Source: a virus
Taxonomy: Duplodnaviria > Caudoviricetes
IMG/VR virus record: IMGVR_UViG_3300034023_000183
Coordinates: 1-62,865 of that record
Strand: one strand, 5' to 3'
DNA: 62,865 bases
In this document: positions 37,046 through 46,070 of the stretch, piece after piece
Position numbering within the stretch: the stretch's first letter is position 1
Layout of the letters: each line of letters opens with the position of its first letter
Position numbers and translations under genes: made by a program
The notes under the pieces: generated by a model
The model's input: only the letters and a program-made list of their open reading frames with translations
The model's database searches: none
What the model was told of the DNA's origin: nothing

Positions 37046-37383
37046 TGCCAAAGGATTCCTGCTATAAAAAGGTGAAGGCTCAGTACGATGTATTTCCATC
37101 GGCACGAGCGTCACAGGCTATCGCCAAGTGTAGGAAGTCATCTGGTAACGTGAAGAAGACAAAATCTGGATCCGATCTGAAGAGATGGGAGGCTGAGAAG
37201 TGGGTCGACACAAAGACTGGTAAGGAGTGTGGAGCTGGAGGTAGGAACGAATACTGTCGACCGACAAAGCGAATGTCCAAGGACACACCTAAGACGAAGT
37301 TTGAGCTGTCGCCATCTAAACTTAAGGCCAAGAAGGCTGAGAAGTCGAGAGTTGGAATGGGAAAACGAGTGAAGAGCGTGTAA
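37045..37383 (+). CDS. Basic phage protein (DUF5872-like)
   Basis: KD.CY.KVK...PSA.AS, LKRW..EKWVD, YCRP.K.....TPKT. Confidence 0.55.
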   Translation: MPKDSCYKKVKAQYDVFPSARASQAIAKCRKSSGNVKKTKSGSDLKRWEAEKWVDTKTGKECGAGGRNEYCRPTKRMSKDTPKTKFELSPSKLKAKKAEKSRVGMGKRVKSV

Positions 37384-37408
37384 ATATACCAAAATTTCAA
37401 AAAATGAG

Positions 37409-37448
37409 TGCCTAGATGTAAATATCTAGGCATTTTTGTTTATATTTG
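37409..37448 (+). terminator. Terminator followed directly by TATATTTG promoter for groEL
   Basis: TGCCTAGAT-N6-ATCTAGGCA TTTTT; -7 box at 37441-37448. Confidence 0.65.
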
Positions 37449-37466
37449 CATCAAATTTAATGAAAT

Positions 37467-39056
37467 ATGATACCAAAAAGAGTTTATTTAGGTAATTCTG
37501 GGCACGAAAAGCTAAAAAACGGAATTAGAAAGCTGACTGGAGCAGTCGAATCAACGCTCGGACCATACGGTGAGACCGTACTGATGGAGTCAGAGAACCA
37601 TGTAGGTGGTGTAGTCATCACGAAGGACGGTGTATCGATCGCCAAGAACATTAATCTGTACGATCCAGTGGAGAATCTGGCTGTAAGCATCGTAAAGGAG
37701 GCTGCCAAGAAGACGGCAGTGGCTGCTGGTGACGGTACGACAACATCTATTGTGTTGACGAACGCCATATTGGAGGCTGCTGACAAGTACATGGAGCCAG
37801 GTATGAACAAGACGAACGTCATCCGACACATCAACAAGATACTTGACGACTCGATTTCTTTCTTGGCGAAAAAGGCTAGGCCAGTAAATGGCACGGATCT
37901 GGTGGACGTTGCTACGATCTCGGCAAACAATGACCCAGATTTGGGTAAGATGATCGCTGACGTGTATGACCAGGTTCGAGTAGTTACGGTTGAGAACTCA
38001 AAGACACCAGTGACGTACTCTGAGATCATACATGGTATGAAGGTGGACCGAGGTTGGTCGAGCAAGTTCTTCGTTACTGACGAGAAGAAGGAGGAGTGTG
38101 TGCTTGAGAATCCATACGTGTTGTTGTGTGATCTTGAGATTAACAACTTCCAATCTATCTTCAACGCTATCGAGCCAGTTGTGAAGCAAGGACGACCGTT
38201 GTTGATTATCGGTAATCTTTCGCAGAACGCACAGAACACGTTGAACTTAAACGTGGTGAAGAAGGTGATCAAGGCGTGTCATATTCAGCCACCATCTATG
38301 GGCTACCGCAAGGACGACTTGATGAACGACTTGTCTATGGTCTTGGATGCACGCATCTACTCTGAGAAGACTGGTGATGATCTTCAGTTGATCGAGTTTG
38401 ATGGATTGGGGCAAGCTGCAAAGATTATTGTTACCAAGGACCGTACTATTATCATGCGTCATGCTAATGCAGACGACGAGGCTATCGAGAGCTATATCGG
38501 AGATCTTAAGGATCAGCTATCAGAGGCAGTTACACAGACTGAACGAAACGACTTGATGGAGCGTATTGCAAACATCAGTGGAGGTGTTGGTGTCATACAT
38601 GTGGGTGCAAATTCTGATATCGAGCAGAAGGAGAAGTATGACCGTGTTGACGATGCTGTTCGTGCAGTAGGTGCTGCATTGGAGGAGGGAATTCTTCCTG
38701 GTGGTGGTATTGCACTAGCTAGAGCACTTGAGAACATTAAGGACGATGGTAAGGATAAGGAGTATACGGTTGCGGCTGACATTATGGCTTATGCTATGGC
38801 GAAGCCTACGGCACAGATAATGATCAATGCTGGTCTTGACTACATGAAGATATGTGAGCCGTTGTTTAAGAAGAAGTTCGACTACGGGTATGATGTGAAG
38901 AACGGCAAGTACGGATCTATGTACAAGATGGGTGTTATTGACCCAGCATTGGTGACAAAGAGTGCCTTGAAGAACGCAGTGTCTGTAGCTACAACGATTA
39001 TGTCTACGCAGGCAATTATTACTAACATGAGAGAGGACGACAATGAAAAGTGTTAA
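37467..39056 (+). CDS. groEL: Phage chaperonin GroEL (Cpn60)
   Basis: TLGPYG, ITKDGVSIAK, AGDGTTT, ISANND, EEGILPGGG and GVIDP motifs. Confidence 0.95.
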   Translation: MIPKRVYLGNSGHEKLKNGIRKLTGAVESTLGPYGETVLMESENHVGGVVITKDGVSIAKNINLYDPVENLAVSIVKEAAKKTAVAAGDGTTTSIVLTNAILEAADKYMEPGMNKTNVIRHINKILDDSISFLAKKARPVNGTDLVDVATISANNDPDLGKMIADVYDQVRVVTVENSKTPVTYSEIIHGMKVDRGWSSKFFVTDEKKEECVLENPYVLLCDLEINNFQSIFNAIEPVVKQGRPLLIIGNLSQNAQNTLNLNVVKKVIKACHIQPPSMGYRKDDLMNDLSMVLDARIYSEKTGDDLQLIEFDGLGQAAKIIVTKDRTIIMRHANADDEAIESYIGDLKDQLSEAVTQTERNDLMERIANISGGVGVIHVGANSDIEQKEKYDRVDDAVRAVGAALEEGILPGGGIALARALENIKDDGKDKEYTVAADIMAYAMAKPTAQIMINAGLDYMKICEPLFKKKFDYGYDVKNGKYGSMYKMGVIDPALVTKSALKNAVSVATTIMSTQAIITNMREDDNEKC

Positions 39057-39309
39057 GCCTATTAATAAATATATGCTCGTCAGCAAGGTTGTTGAGGAGA
39101 TGAAGTCTCAGTCTGGACTCCTGTATACATCGCAGGAGTCTTCGGACATGAGGTACCAGAAGGCAGAGGTTATTGCTGTAGGAAACCTGGTAGATGTTAT
39201 CAAGCCAGGAGACAGTATCCTTTACGACAAGGTGTACGGACACGAGACGATCATTGAGGGTACGACCTATACGGTGATTACTGAGATGAACGTGGTTGTA
39301 GTTTTGTAG
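39043..39309 (+). CDS. groES: Co-chaperonin GroES (Cpn10)
   Basis: KP....L, SGL, A.VIAVG, IKPGD.ILY; overlaps groEL end. Confidence 0.85.
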   Translation: MKSVKPINKYMLVSKVVEEMKSQSGLLYTSQESSDMRYQKAEVIAVGNLVDVIKPGDSILYDKVYGHETIIEGTTYTVITEMNVVVVL

Positions 39310-39328
39310 GATTTCATATCTTTGTATT

Positions 39329-39511
39329 ATGAAAGCAAAAATAAAATACTCGGAAGAGACTGGTATCCAGAAGATGATACGCTTAAAGAAAGAAAAGGAG
39401 CGTATGGAGGATCGTGACGAAGCAATGATGGAGGCACGAGCTATGCATTTTATGCATAATTCTTTTGATATGCCAATGCCAATGATGAAATACGGTCGTA
39501 AGAAGAAATGA
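39329..39511 (+). CDS. Small Met/Lys-rich protein
   Basis: Own TATCTTTG box at 39317-39324. Confidence 0.45.
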   Translation: MKAKIKYSEETGIQKMIRLKKEKERMEDRDEAMMEARAMHFMHNSFDMPMPMMKYGRKKK

Positions 39512-39702
39512 TCATTATTCGCCCACTAATTAAGGTACTCAGTAAGATCATTGAGTTGCCTAAGGGTAGCTATCTTGATCCTACGACTTTAGGCAGTGGA
39601 GATCCAAATGGTACCAACTTCCTTCGGGGAGATGGTACTTGGTCTACCCCTACGGCAAGTGATTTAAATTTAATATCACCATTACTTTTAATGGGAGCGT
39701 AA
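39508..39702 (+). CDS. Small tail-fibre-like protein
   Basis: LGSG....TNFLRGDGTW fibre motif. Confidence 0.5.
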   Translation: MIIIRPLIKVLSKIIELPKGSYLDPTTLGSGDPNGTNFLRGDGTWSTPTASDLNLISPLLLMGA

Positions 39703-39703
39703 T

Positions 39704-40033
39704 ATGGCAACAAACTATAAAGTATTAGGACAATCCAGTCCAGCGGCAACAACGGAGACTGATTTATATACAGTTCCGTCCGCCACATCGACAGTTGCTA
39801 GTTCTGTTATTGTTTGTAATAGATCGGCAGTGTTGTCTACATTTAGAATATCAATAGCTGTGGGTGGTGGAGCAACTTCTAATAAGGACTACATATATTA
39901 TGACCTCCCTATTGGAGCAAACGACACATTCATTGCTACTATTGGTGTTACATTGTCAGCAACAGATAAAGTGAAAGTGTATTCATCAAATACTAATTTG
40001 TCATTCTCGCTTTACGGATCTGAAATAAATTAA
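39704..40033 (+). CDS. Tail-associated protein
   Basis: YKVLGQ.SP.ATT.T.LYTVP...F..YGSEI is a recurrent phage family. Confidence 0.6.
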   Translation: MATNYKVLGQSSPAATTETDLYTVPSATSTVASSVIVCNRSAVLSTFRISIAVGGGATSNKDYIYYDLPIGANDTFIATIGVTLSATDKVKVYSSNTNLSFSLYGSEIN

Positions 40034-40034
40034 C

Positions 40035-41288
40035 ATGTCACAGGGATATACATCATATAATATAATTAGTAGTGAGATTTCATTTGCAAATACTCCTAAC
40101 ATAGATGCATTTGGTAGGCTAAGAACTAGTTCTCCGTTTACATTGTTTGACTCAAGTCATAGATTTGATGATAACGAATTGTGGTCTACGGCTACTGCTA
40201 CAGGTGGTGCTGCCACGTTTAATTCTGCTCAAGGATTAGTTGATTTAGCTGTAACTTCTGCATCTGGTTCTGAAGTTATGAGAGAGACAACTAAAGTTTT
40301 TTCGTACCAACCTGGTAAAAGCTTGTTGGTGTTGAATACATTTGTAATGAGTCCTGCCAAGACCAATCTTAGACAAAGAGTTGGTTATTATGGTGCATCA
40401 AATGGGTATTACTTAGAACTTAATAATAGTACAGTTAGTTTTGTTGAAAGAACTTCTGTTAGTGGATCATTAGTAAATACACCAGTTGTTCAATCTAGTT
40501 GGAATATAGATAAGATGGATGGTACTGGACCAAGCGGAATCACTCTTGATCTAACAAAGGCTCAGATTTTGTTTATGGATCTAGAGTGGTTAGGTGTAGG
40601 AACGGTAAGAATAGGATTTGTTATAAATGGTAACTTTTACGTTTGTCATAAGTTTCACCATGCCAATATTATTGCCACTACATACATTACAACTGCTTCC
40701 TTACCATTAAGGTATGAGATAACAAATACAGGTGCTACAAGTGGTTCTAGTACGTTAAAACAAATATGCTCTACTGTATTGTCTGAGGGAGGGTACCAAC
40801 TCAATGGACTACAACAAGCTATAGGAATTCCTGTGACTACTCCAAGAGCATTAGCGGCAGCAGGTACATTTTATCCCATAGTAAGTATACGTCTTAAAAC
40901 ATCTCCAGATAGATTAGATGGTATAGTAATATGTACAGCAATTTCTGTAATAGCAACTAGTGCAGGAAATTATAACTGGCAGGTAAGAGCAAGTGGAACT
41001 ACAACAGGAGGAACATGGGTAAGTGCAGGAGCAGGTGCATCTGTAGATTATAATATTACAGGAACAAGTTTTACAGGAGGTAGAATACTTGCAAGTGGTT
41101 TTTTTAGTGTGTCAAACCAAGGATCAACTCAAGTTGATATTCTTAAGGAGGCACTATTTAAAACACAGCTTGAAAGAAATGGATTAACATCGACTCCATT
41201 TGAACTCACTATTGTGGTTGCTTCAGATGCTGGAGGTGGAGGAGGTAATGTTCTTGCATCAATGGACTGGGAAGAAATAAGCAGATAA
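40035..41288 (+). CDS. Putative tail fibre/receptor-binding protein
   Basis: DAFGRLR.S.PFTLFDS, YQPGKS, EWLGVG.VR.GF, LPLRYEI. Confidence 0.6.
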   Translation: MSQGYTSYNIISSEISFANTPNIDAFGRLRTSSPFTLFDSSHRFDDNELWSTATATGGAATFNSAQGLVDLAVTSASGSEVMRETTKVFSYQPGKSLLVLNTFVMSPAKTNLRQRVGYYGASNGYYLELNNSTVSFVERTSVSGSLVNTPVVQSSWNIDKMDGTGPSGITLDLTKAQILFMDLEWLGVGTVRIGFVINGNFYVCHKFHHANIIATTYITTASLPLRYEITNTGATSGSSTLKQICSTVLSEGGYQLNGLQQAIGIPVTTPRALAAAGTFYPIVSIRLKTSPDRLDGIVICTAISVIATSAGNYNWQVRASGTTTGGTWVSAGAGASVDYNITGTSFTGGRILASGFFSVSNQGSTQVDILKEALFKTQLERNGLTSTPFELTIVVASDAGGGGGNVLASMDWEEISR

Positions 41289-41289
41289 T

Positions 41290-41715
41290 ATGTCACAGGG
41301 ATATACAAAAGGTACACCTATTGATACAGACGGAACCATGTCGCTTAACAGTGACATTGTAGTTCCATCTCAAAAGGCTGTAAGAACATATATATCATTG
41401 CTAAATATAAATGATTTAAATGATGTAGTTATAACATCTCCATTAAATGGAAATGGCATTGAATATAACGGTACATCATGGATCAATGTTGGCATACAGT
41501 ACACTATTGAGTTAGTGGCTGCACTTACTGTTGACTTCTATGCTCCATATGCTATGAGTATAACTTCGGTGAGCAATGTATTGAATGCACCTACTATAAC
41601 ACTGCAAGATGACGGTGTTAGTTATACCCTTGGAAATACTATTGCTATTGGAAGCAAGGTGACGGTAACTGCTTCTACATTAAGTGTTGTGAATCTCAAC
41701 ATAACCAAGATATGA
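41290..41715 (+). CDS. Tail fibre-like protein
   Basis: NSD..VPSQKAV; L.DL.DV.IT.P.NG...YNGT.W.N. Confidence 0.55.
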   Translation: MSQGYTKGTPIDTDGTMSLNSDIVVPSQKAVRTYISLLNINDLNDVVITSPLNGNGIEYNGTSWINVGIQYTIELVAALTVDFYAPYAMSITSVSNVLNAPTITLQDDGVSYTLGNTIAIGSKVTVTASTLSVVNLNITKI

Positions 41716-42314
41716 GTGATAATCGTTACATAAAGGCAGTTGCATCAGCCGCTACTCCAGTTGGAGCGAAAAGGATAAAAACTGGCCAAACAACATCATA
41801 TTCGACCGCAGATGACGGTGCCACACAGCGTGGTAGAGACACTAATTTCTTGACATTGGCCAGTAATAATCCATTTGGTACAACATCTAGATTTACGAAT
41901 AAGAGTGGTGGTACTACATATCCATCGATTAAGGTTACATATGACTGGAGTACTTATGATGGAAGTACGGTTCTTGCATATTACTTTGGAGATATGAGTA
42001 GTACAAGAGCTTTGGCAACTCAAATGACACAATATACTAGCAGCACATTTGACGGGCTTACTGGATGGTATCTAACAAACTTCCAGGAGATGACTAACAT
42101 AATGAATGCTGGTCTATGGAACAACTATATGTTGAACTATCCCCCATTTAGTACTACTCTTAGGTACTTCTGGATATCATCTCAGCCCTCTGGCACGAAT
42201 GGAGTTGCAACAGATTTAGCTGCTAGTGCTGCTTTCACGGCAACTTCAAAAACAAGTGCTTTATATGGTATATGGGTTAGAGTTTGTACAGTAAGTGGAA
42301 CAACAATAACATAG
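41712..42314 (+). CDS. Putative tail tip/fibre protein (DUF1566-like)
   Basis: KTGQTTSY...DDG; GW.L....E; Y.W.SS. Confidence 0.45.
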   Translation: MSDNRYIKAVASAATPVGAKRIKTGQTTSYSTADDGATQRGRDTNFLTLASNNPFGTTSRFTNKSGGTTYPSIKVTYDWSTYDGSTVLAYYFGDMSSTRALATQMTQYTSSTFDGLTGWYLTNFQEMTNIMNAGLWNNYMLNYPPFSTTLRYFWISSQPSGTNGVATDLAASAAFTATSKTSALYGIWVRVCTVSGTTIT

Positions 42315-42316
42315 AC

Positions 42317-42547
42317 ATGAGATATAAATTCCCTTTATTTGAAAATGTGATCGAAGATCCAATGGTAGAGATATCAAGCATAAACATCGACATAAAAAAC
42401 AAGATATGTCGTGCTGAATTGATTCTAACAGAGAATTTCAATGAGTACGGTGTAAGCCTGGATGGATTTGCGTACAAGTATCCATTCAAAGAAGAAGAGA
42501 TATTTACTTGGATATTTTCTGAGTTGACAAAGTACGAGATAGACTAG
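42317..42547 (+). CDS. Small tail-fibre-associated protein
   Basis: Likely start MRYKFP. Confidence 0.4.
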   Translation: MRYKFPLFENVIEDPMVEISSINIDIKNKICRAELILTENFNEYGVSLDGFAYKYPFKEEEIFTWIFSELTKYEID

Positions 42548-43029
42548 TACTCTATCCTAGTAGACACCTTGTTCTTTCTTACGTGTTCGTTGAACTTCTT
42601 TACGGACATCCACAGCACACGATCTGAATACTTGCGTGATGTCACTAACGGGTTGTGTTTAGAACTCTCTGGTATCTCTACCTCACCGTTTAGCTGTTTG
42701 TATAGATTAGTGCAGACATGTCTGCCGTGTCGTGTAAGCTCATATAGCCTATAGCTGCCACGATATTTGTCGTGCCACATATGAATCCAACCTTCCTCTT
42801 TAAGTCTCACAAATCGCTTTATATCCCACGACATGGTGTTTGTATACTCCTTGTAGTCATAGTATGTGAATAGTCCTTCTGAGTATAGATAAAGAAGAAC
42901 CTCTAGATCTTGTTCTGATAGATTGTACTTTATCTGTGTGTACCGTCTAACTACCCTCCAGTATTTCAAGAAGTCATTCTTTACTTGTCTTCTGGTATAA
43001 TGTCTCTGGATTTGCTTTTTGATTTTCAT
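42544..43029 (-). CDS. MarR-like winged-helix regulator
   Basis: YNLS..DLE.LLYLY, L.EEGWI, YELT.HG; the only - strand gene in the late arm. Confidence 0.55.
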   Translation of the reverse strand: MKIKKQIQRHYTRRQVKNDFLKYWRVVRRYTQIKYNLSEQDLEVLLYLYSEGLFTYYDYKEYTNTMSWDIKRFVRLKEEGWIHMWHDKYRGSYRLYELTRHGRHVCTNLYKQLNGEVEIPESSKHNPLVTSRKYSDRVLWMSVKKFNEHVRKNKVSTRIEY

Positions 43030-43061
43030 ATGTCAACAAATTTCGTAAATTTGCAACTGAT

Positions 43062-43253
43062 ATGCAAATAAAAGTGATCAAAAAACAAAAGGGTGTCGGA
43101 GATACCGTTGAGATGCTTTTGAAGGCTACTGGAATTCACTATATTGCTAACGCAATACAGAACGGAGATCCAACGCAGCCGTGTAAGCCGTGTCAACAAA
43201 GAAAAGAAGAACTGAATAAAAAGTTTCCGTATGGGTCAAAGCAAGACATCTAA
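43062..43253 (+). CDS. Small phage protein
   Basis: GVGDTVE....TGI...C..C..RKE.LN..FPY. Confidence 0.55.
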   Translation: MQIKVIKKQKGVGDTVEMLLKATGIHYIANAIQNGDPTQPCKPCQQRKEELNKKFPYGSKQDI

Positions 43254-43494
43254 GTATTACGCTGAAAATCCTACGGCAGCTGAGAAGAGACGAGAGTCTC
43301 AAAGAAAGATAAACAAGAAGGCTGGAATGTCTGAGTATAGATCCTTGTTGAACAAGGCAAACAGAAAGGCTGGAACATATGGTAATGGTGATGGCTTTGA
43401 TATGTCTCACACAAAGGCTGGAAAACTTGTAAAGGAGAAAGCTACAAAGAATAGATCCAGAAATGGTGCAAACGGAAAAAGTACAAAGAAATGA
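43231..43494 (+). CDS. Basic HNH-like small protein
   Basis: GDG.D.SH...NR.RN. Confidence 0.45.
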   Translation: MGQSKTSKYYAENPTAAEKRRESQRKINKKAGMSEYRSLLNKANRKAGTYGNGDGFDMSHTKAGKLVKEKATKNRSRNGANGKSTKK

Positions 43495-43760
43495 GAACTT
43501 GGAATGAGATTTTATCAGCTGCGGCTGGAACGATTGTGTTGAATGACACATCTACATACACTGGTAATGTTGCTGCTATACATGTAGTTAGAGACAGTAT
43601 ATTTACCACTCTAGATGATGCAAAGGGTAATGAAGCTGCTGATTATATTATTGATCCAGCAACACCAGTTTCAGCTGGAGCAATGCTTACTCCTTTTGAT
43701 AAGCAGAATCCATTCGTTACAATTGAATTGTCTCAGGGTAGCGTAGTTCTTGTTTTGTGA
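43491..43760 (+). CDS. Hypothetical structural protein
   Basis: ORF in late operon. Confidence 0.45.
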   Translation: MRTWNEILSAAAGTIVLNDTSTYTGNVAAIHVVRDSIFTTLDDAKGNEAADYIIDPATPVSAGAMLTPFDKQNPFVTIELSQGSVVLVL

Positions 43761-44005
43761 TGCCAACATTTGATCTAGCAGCGATAGTTAAGAAGCACGG
43801 AGTGATAGGTGTTCTGTGTGCATGGTTGGTGTATACTAACATGCGTCTTACCGATGTAGAGAATAAGCTTTACAACTGTTATGATCAATCAAGATTTTCT
43901 AGCATGTCAAGCAGATCTGTTAGTGGAAGTATAGATATACCAGAAAAAATATATGCAGTTCTTCCAGAGAGAAAGAAGAAAACGAATGAAGAAATTTTGG
44001 TTTGA
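43757..44005 (+). CDS. Single-TM protein (holin/antiholin-like)
   Basis: N-terminal TM; within lysis cluster. Confidence 0.4.
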   Translation: MMPTFDLAAIVKKHGVIGVLCAWLVYTNMRLTDVENKLYNCYDQSRFSSMSSRSVSGSIDIPEKIYAVLPERKKKTNEEILV

Positions 44006-44207
44006 GGTAATGGAGGGCACACTGAAGAGAGACGGTAAACACTCGTCAACTCTTTGGACAATGGCCGTATCTATGTTTCTCTTTTCATTTATGTCATTTG
44101 TAGACTTCTTGATCAACGGAATAAACATTGAAATAATGATAACACTTGCATGTATGGCTACTGGTGTTAAGATAACAGACGCTGTAAGTAAAAAGATAAA
44201 GTCATGA
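43986..44207 (+). CDS. Putative holin (2 TM)
   Basis: Likely start MKKFW; two hydrophobic segments; basic C-terminus. Confidence 0.5.
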   Translation: MKKFWFEVMEGTLKRDGKHSSTLWTMAVSMFLFSFMSFVDFLINGINIEIMITLACMATGVKITDAVSKKIKS

Positions 44208-44722
44208 AAAAGATAACGTACGACGAGTTCGTGTGGTTTTTATTGGTTATTGCTGGATCATTATTCTTTTTTAGTATAATATCCTCATGTTCAGTTGATC
44301 ATCATCTAAGCAAAGCACAAAAGCACATTAGAATTGCAAAGAGAAATGGAGCAAGCGTCATACCAGATACGGTATGGCATTATGTGTATGCTTTAGATAC
44401 GGTCTACAATGTAAAAAATAACATGTACGAGACAAGACATGTAATCAAGGATAGCTTTCCATATGTAGTTACAAACACAATATCAGCTGGGATGACTCGT
44501 CAAGAGCGTTTGGCGATGGAGGACATGTTTAAGCATATGGAGCGAATGATGAAGTTGCAGAACGATAGTCTTAAGCTAGCTCTAAGAGCAGAGGTAAAAA
44601 AACAAAAGCAAGATGAGAAGACTAATCGAGTGGTTACTCGTAAAGAAAACAGTAAGCCATGGATATGGGTTATTGTTGCTGGTATTATCCTTGTATGTGT
44701 AATATTGATTAAATTTAAATAA
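44204..44722 (+). CDS. Putative unimolecular spanin-like lipoprotein
   Basis: Signal peptide with ISSC lipobox, coiled coil, C-terminal TM. Confidence 0.5.
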   Translation: MKKITYDEFVWFLLVIAGSLFFFSIISSCSVDHHLSKAQKHIRIAKRNGASVIPDTVWHYVYALDTVYNVKNNMYETRHVIKDSFPYVVTNTISAGMTRQERLAMEDMFKHMERMMKLQNDSLKLALRAEVKKQKQDEKTNRVVTRKENSKPWIWVIVAGIILVCVILIKFK

Positions 44723-44723
44723 C

Positions 44724-45191
44724 ATGTTGACTACTCAGCAAGCTACAAAGAAGTACGGAACACCTACAGTTACTGGTGCAGAGTACTTGGTTACACTAGA
44801 ACTTCCTTACCCTATGCGTTTGGCATGGGACCTAGACACAAAGGTTAATAAGATGCGAGTTCATAAGTTTGTTAAAGAAAACTTCAAGGGAGTGTTTGAT
44901 GACCTATTGGCACACTACGGTTACGAGAAACTTGTAGAGCTAGGTATAGATCTATTTGGTGGTTGCTTTGCATATCGTAAGATGCGTGGAGGTACATCAT
45001 GGTCTAAGCACTCTTGGGGTATTGCGATTGACCTAGATCCAGTTCGTAATCAATTGAAGGAAACATCTCGAACTGCTCGCTTCGCTCGCCCAGAATATAA
45101 GCCAATGATCGATATCTTTTATAAGCACGGATTTATCGGTTTGGGACCAGAGAAGAACTACGACTGGATGCATTTTGAAATCAAGGAATAA
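44724..45191 (+). CDS. Endolysin, peptidase M15 family
   Basis: R.MRGG..WSKHSWGIAID...DWMHFE. Confidence 0.85.
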   Translation: MLTTQQATKKYGTPTVTGAEYLVTLELPYPMRLAWDLDTKVNKMRVHKFVKENFKGVFDDLLAHYGYEKLVELGIDLFGGCFAYRKMRGGTSWSKHSWGIAIDLDPVRNQLKETSRTARFARPEYKPMIDIFYKHGFIGLGPEKNYDWMHFEIKE

Positions 45192-45331
45192 TGGCAAAGA
45201 TAAAATCACAAGACCTAGTAATTAAGGCAAAGAAGGTTGTAACACGACCAGGTGTTCATGCGAAGAAGAAGACATCTAAGCTGAAGACAAGCAAGAACTA
45301 CAAGAAGTCATACGCTGGACAAGGACGTTAA
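45191..45331 (+). CDS. Small basic protein (46 aa)
   Basis: RPGVHAK.K.S..K.SKNYKK.Y.GQGR. Confidence 0.55.
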   Translation: MAKIKSQDLVIKAKKVVTRPGVHAKKKTSKLKTSKNYKKSYAGQGR

Positions 45332-45363
45332 TTTTTGTCGCAAATATTTACTAAATTTGTTAC

Positions 45364-45798
45364 ATGGGAAAAATTAATAACTATAGCGTTGAGTCTGTAA
45401 ATCCTGGAGACAGAGTATTGTGTTCAGACGCATCTACTGGAGAGACAAAAAACGTAACTGCACAGTCGATATCTGACTTGGCTACATCTGCTTCAGTATA
45501 CAGAGCATACTTGACACAATCTGGAGGAACGGCACCAGTGGCTACTGTATTACCAGGTAATACATTGACAGGTACTTGGGCATATACAACAACGGGTACA
45601 TTTGTATTTACAAGTACAGGTTCGTTTGCTGATGTTAAGATAGCTATTATGACTTCATTGCCTCAAAGTGCAACCACAAGAATTGTTTTCAACGGTAATG
45701 ATGATGACGATTTGACTATTCTTACTTATGCTACAACTACGCTTACTAACGGTCTAATGACGGATCAATATATTGAGATCTTCACTCACGCTGTTTAA
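45364..45798 (+). CDS. Putative tail/structural protein
   Basis: D..TG.TKN.T; Y.A.LTQSG..AP. Confidence 0.5.
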   Translation: MGKINNYSVESVNPGDRVLCSDASTGETKNVTAQSISDLATSASVYRAYLTQSGGTAPVATVLPGNTLTGTWAYTTTGTFVFTSTGSFADVKIAIMTSLPQSATTRIVFNGNDDDDLTILTYATTTLTNGLMTDQYIEIFTHAV

Positions 45799-46070
45799 TG
45801 ATATGAAAGCACCAAAGATTAAAACGGTAAGAATGCCAAAGGTATCTACTCCTAAAGTAGCAAAGAAGGATAAACCATCAATGAAGAAGCTCTGTGGAAA
45901 TCGTTATTGAGAATAGACTTCCATACGGATTGACGTTGGGATTTGAATATTTTGGCTCAGATGAGAATTCTATGCCGACACTACAGATAAGTTTGCTCTT
46001 TTTGAGAGTGCACTTTATTTTTTATTAAATTTGTACAATAGTTAACTAATATAAAAAAAACATAGAAATA

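Noticed and set aside
37484-39086. Long antisense ORFs over groEL (and similar shadows over the giant gene, primase, portal and MCP)
   Set aside because: They lie opposite well-supported genes and are explained by codon bias
39508-42547. Diversity-generating retroelement or invertible tail-fibre system
   Set aside because: No reverse transcriptase or invertase, and no TR/VR repeat pair noticed
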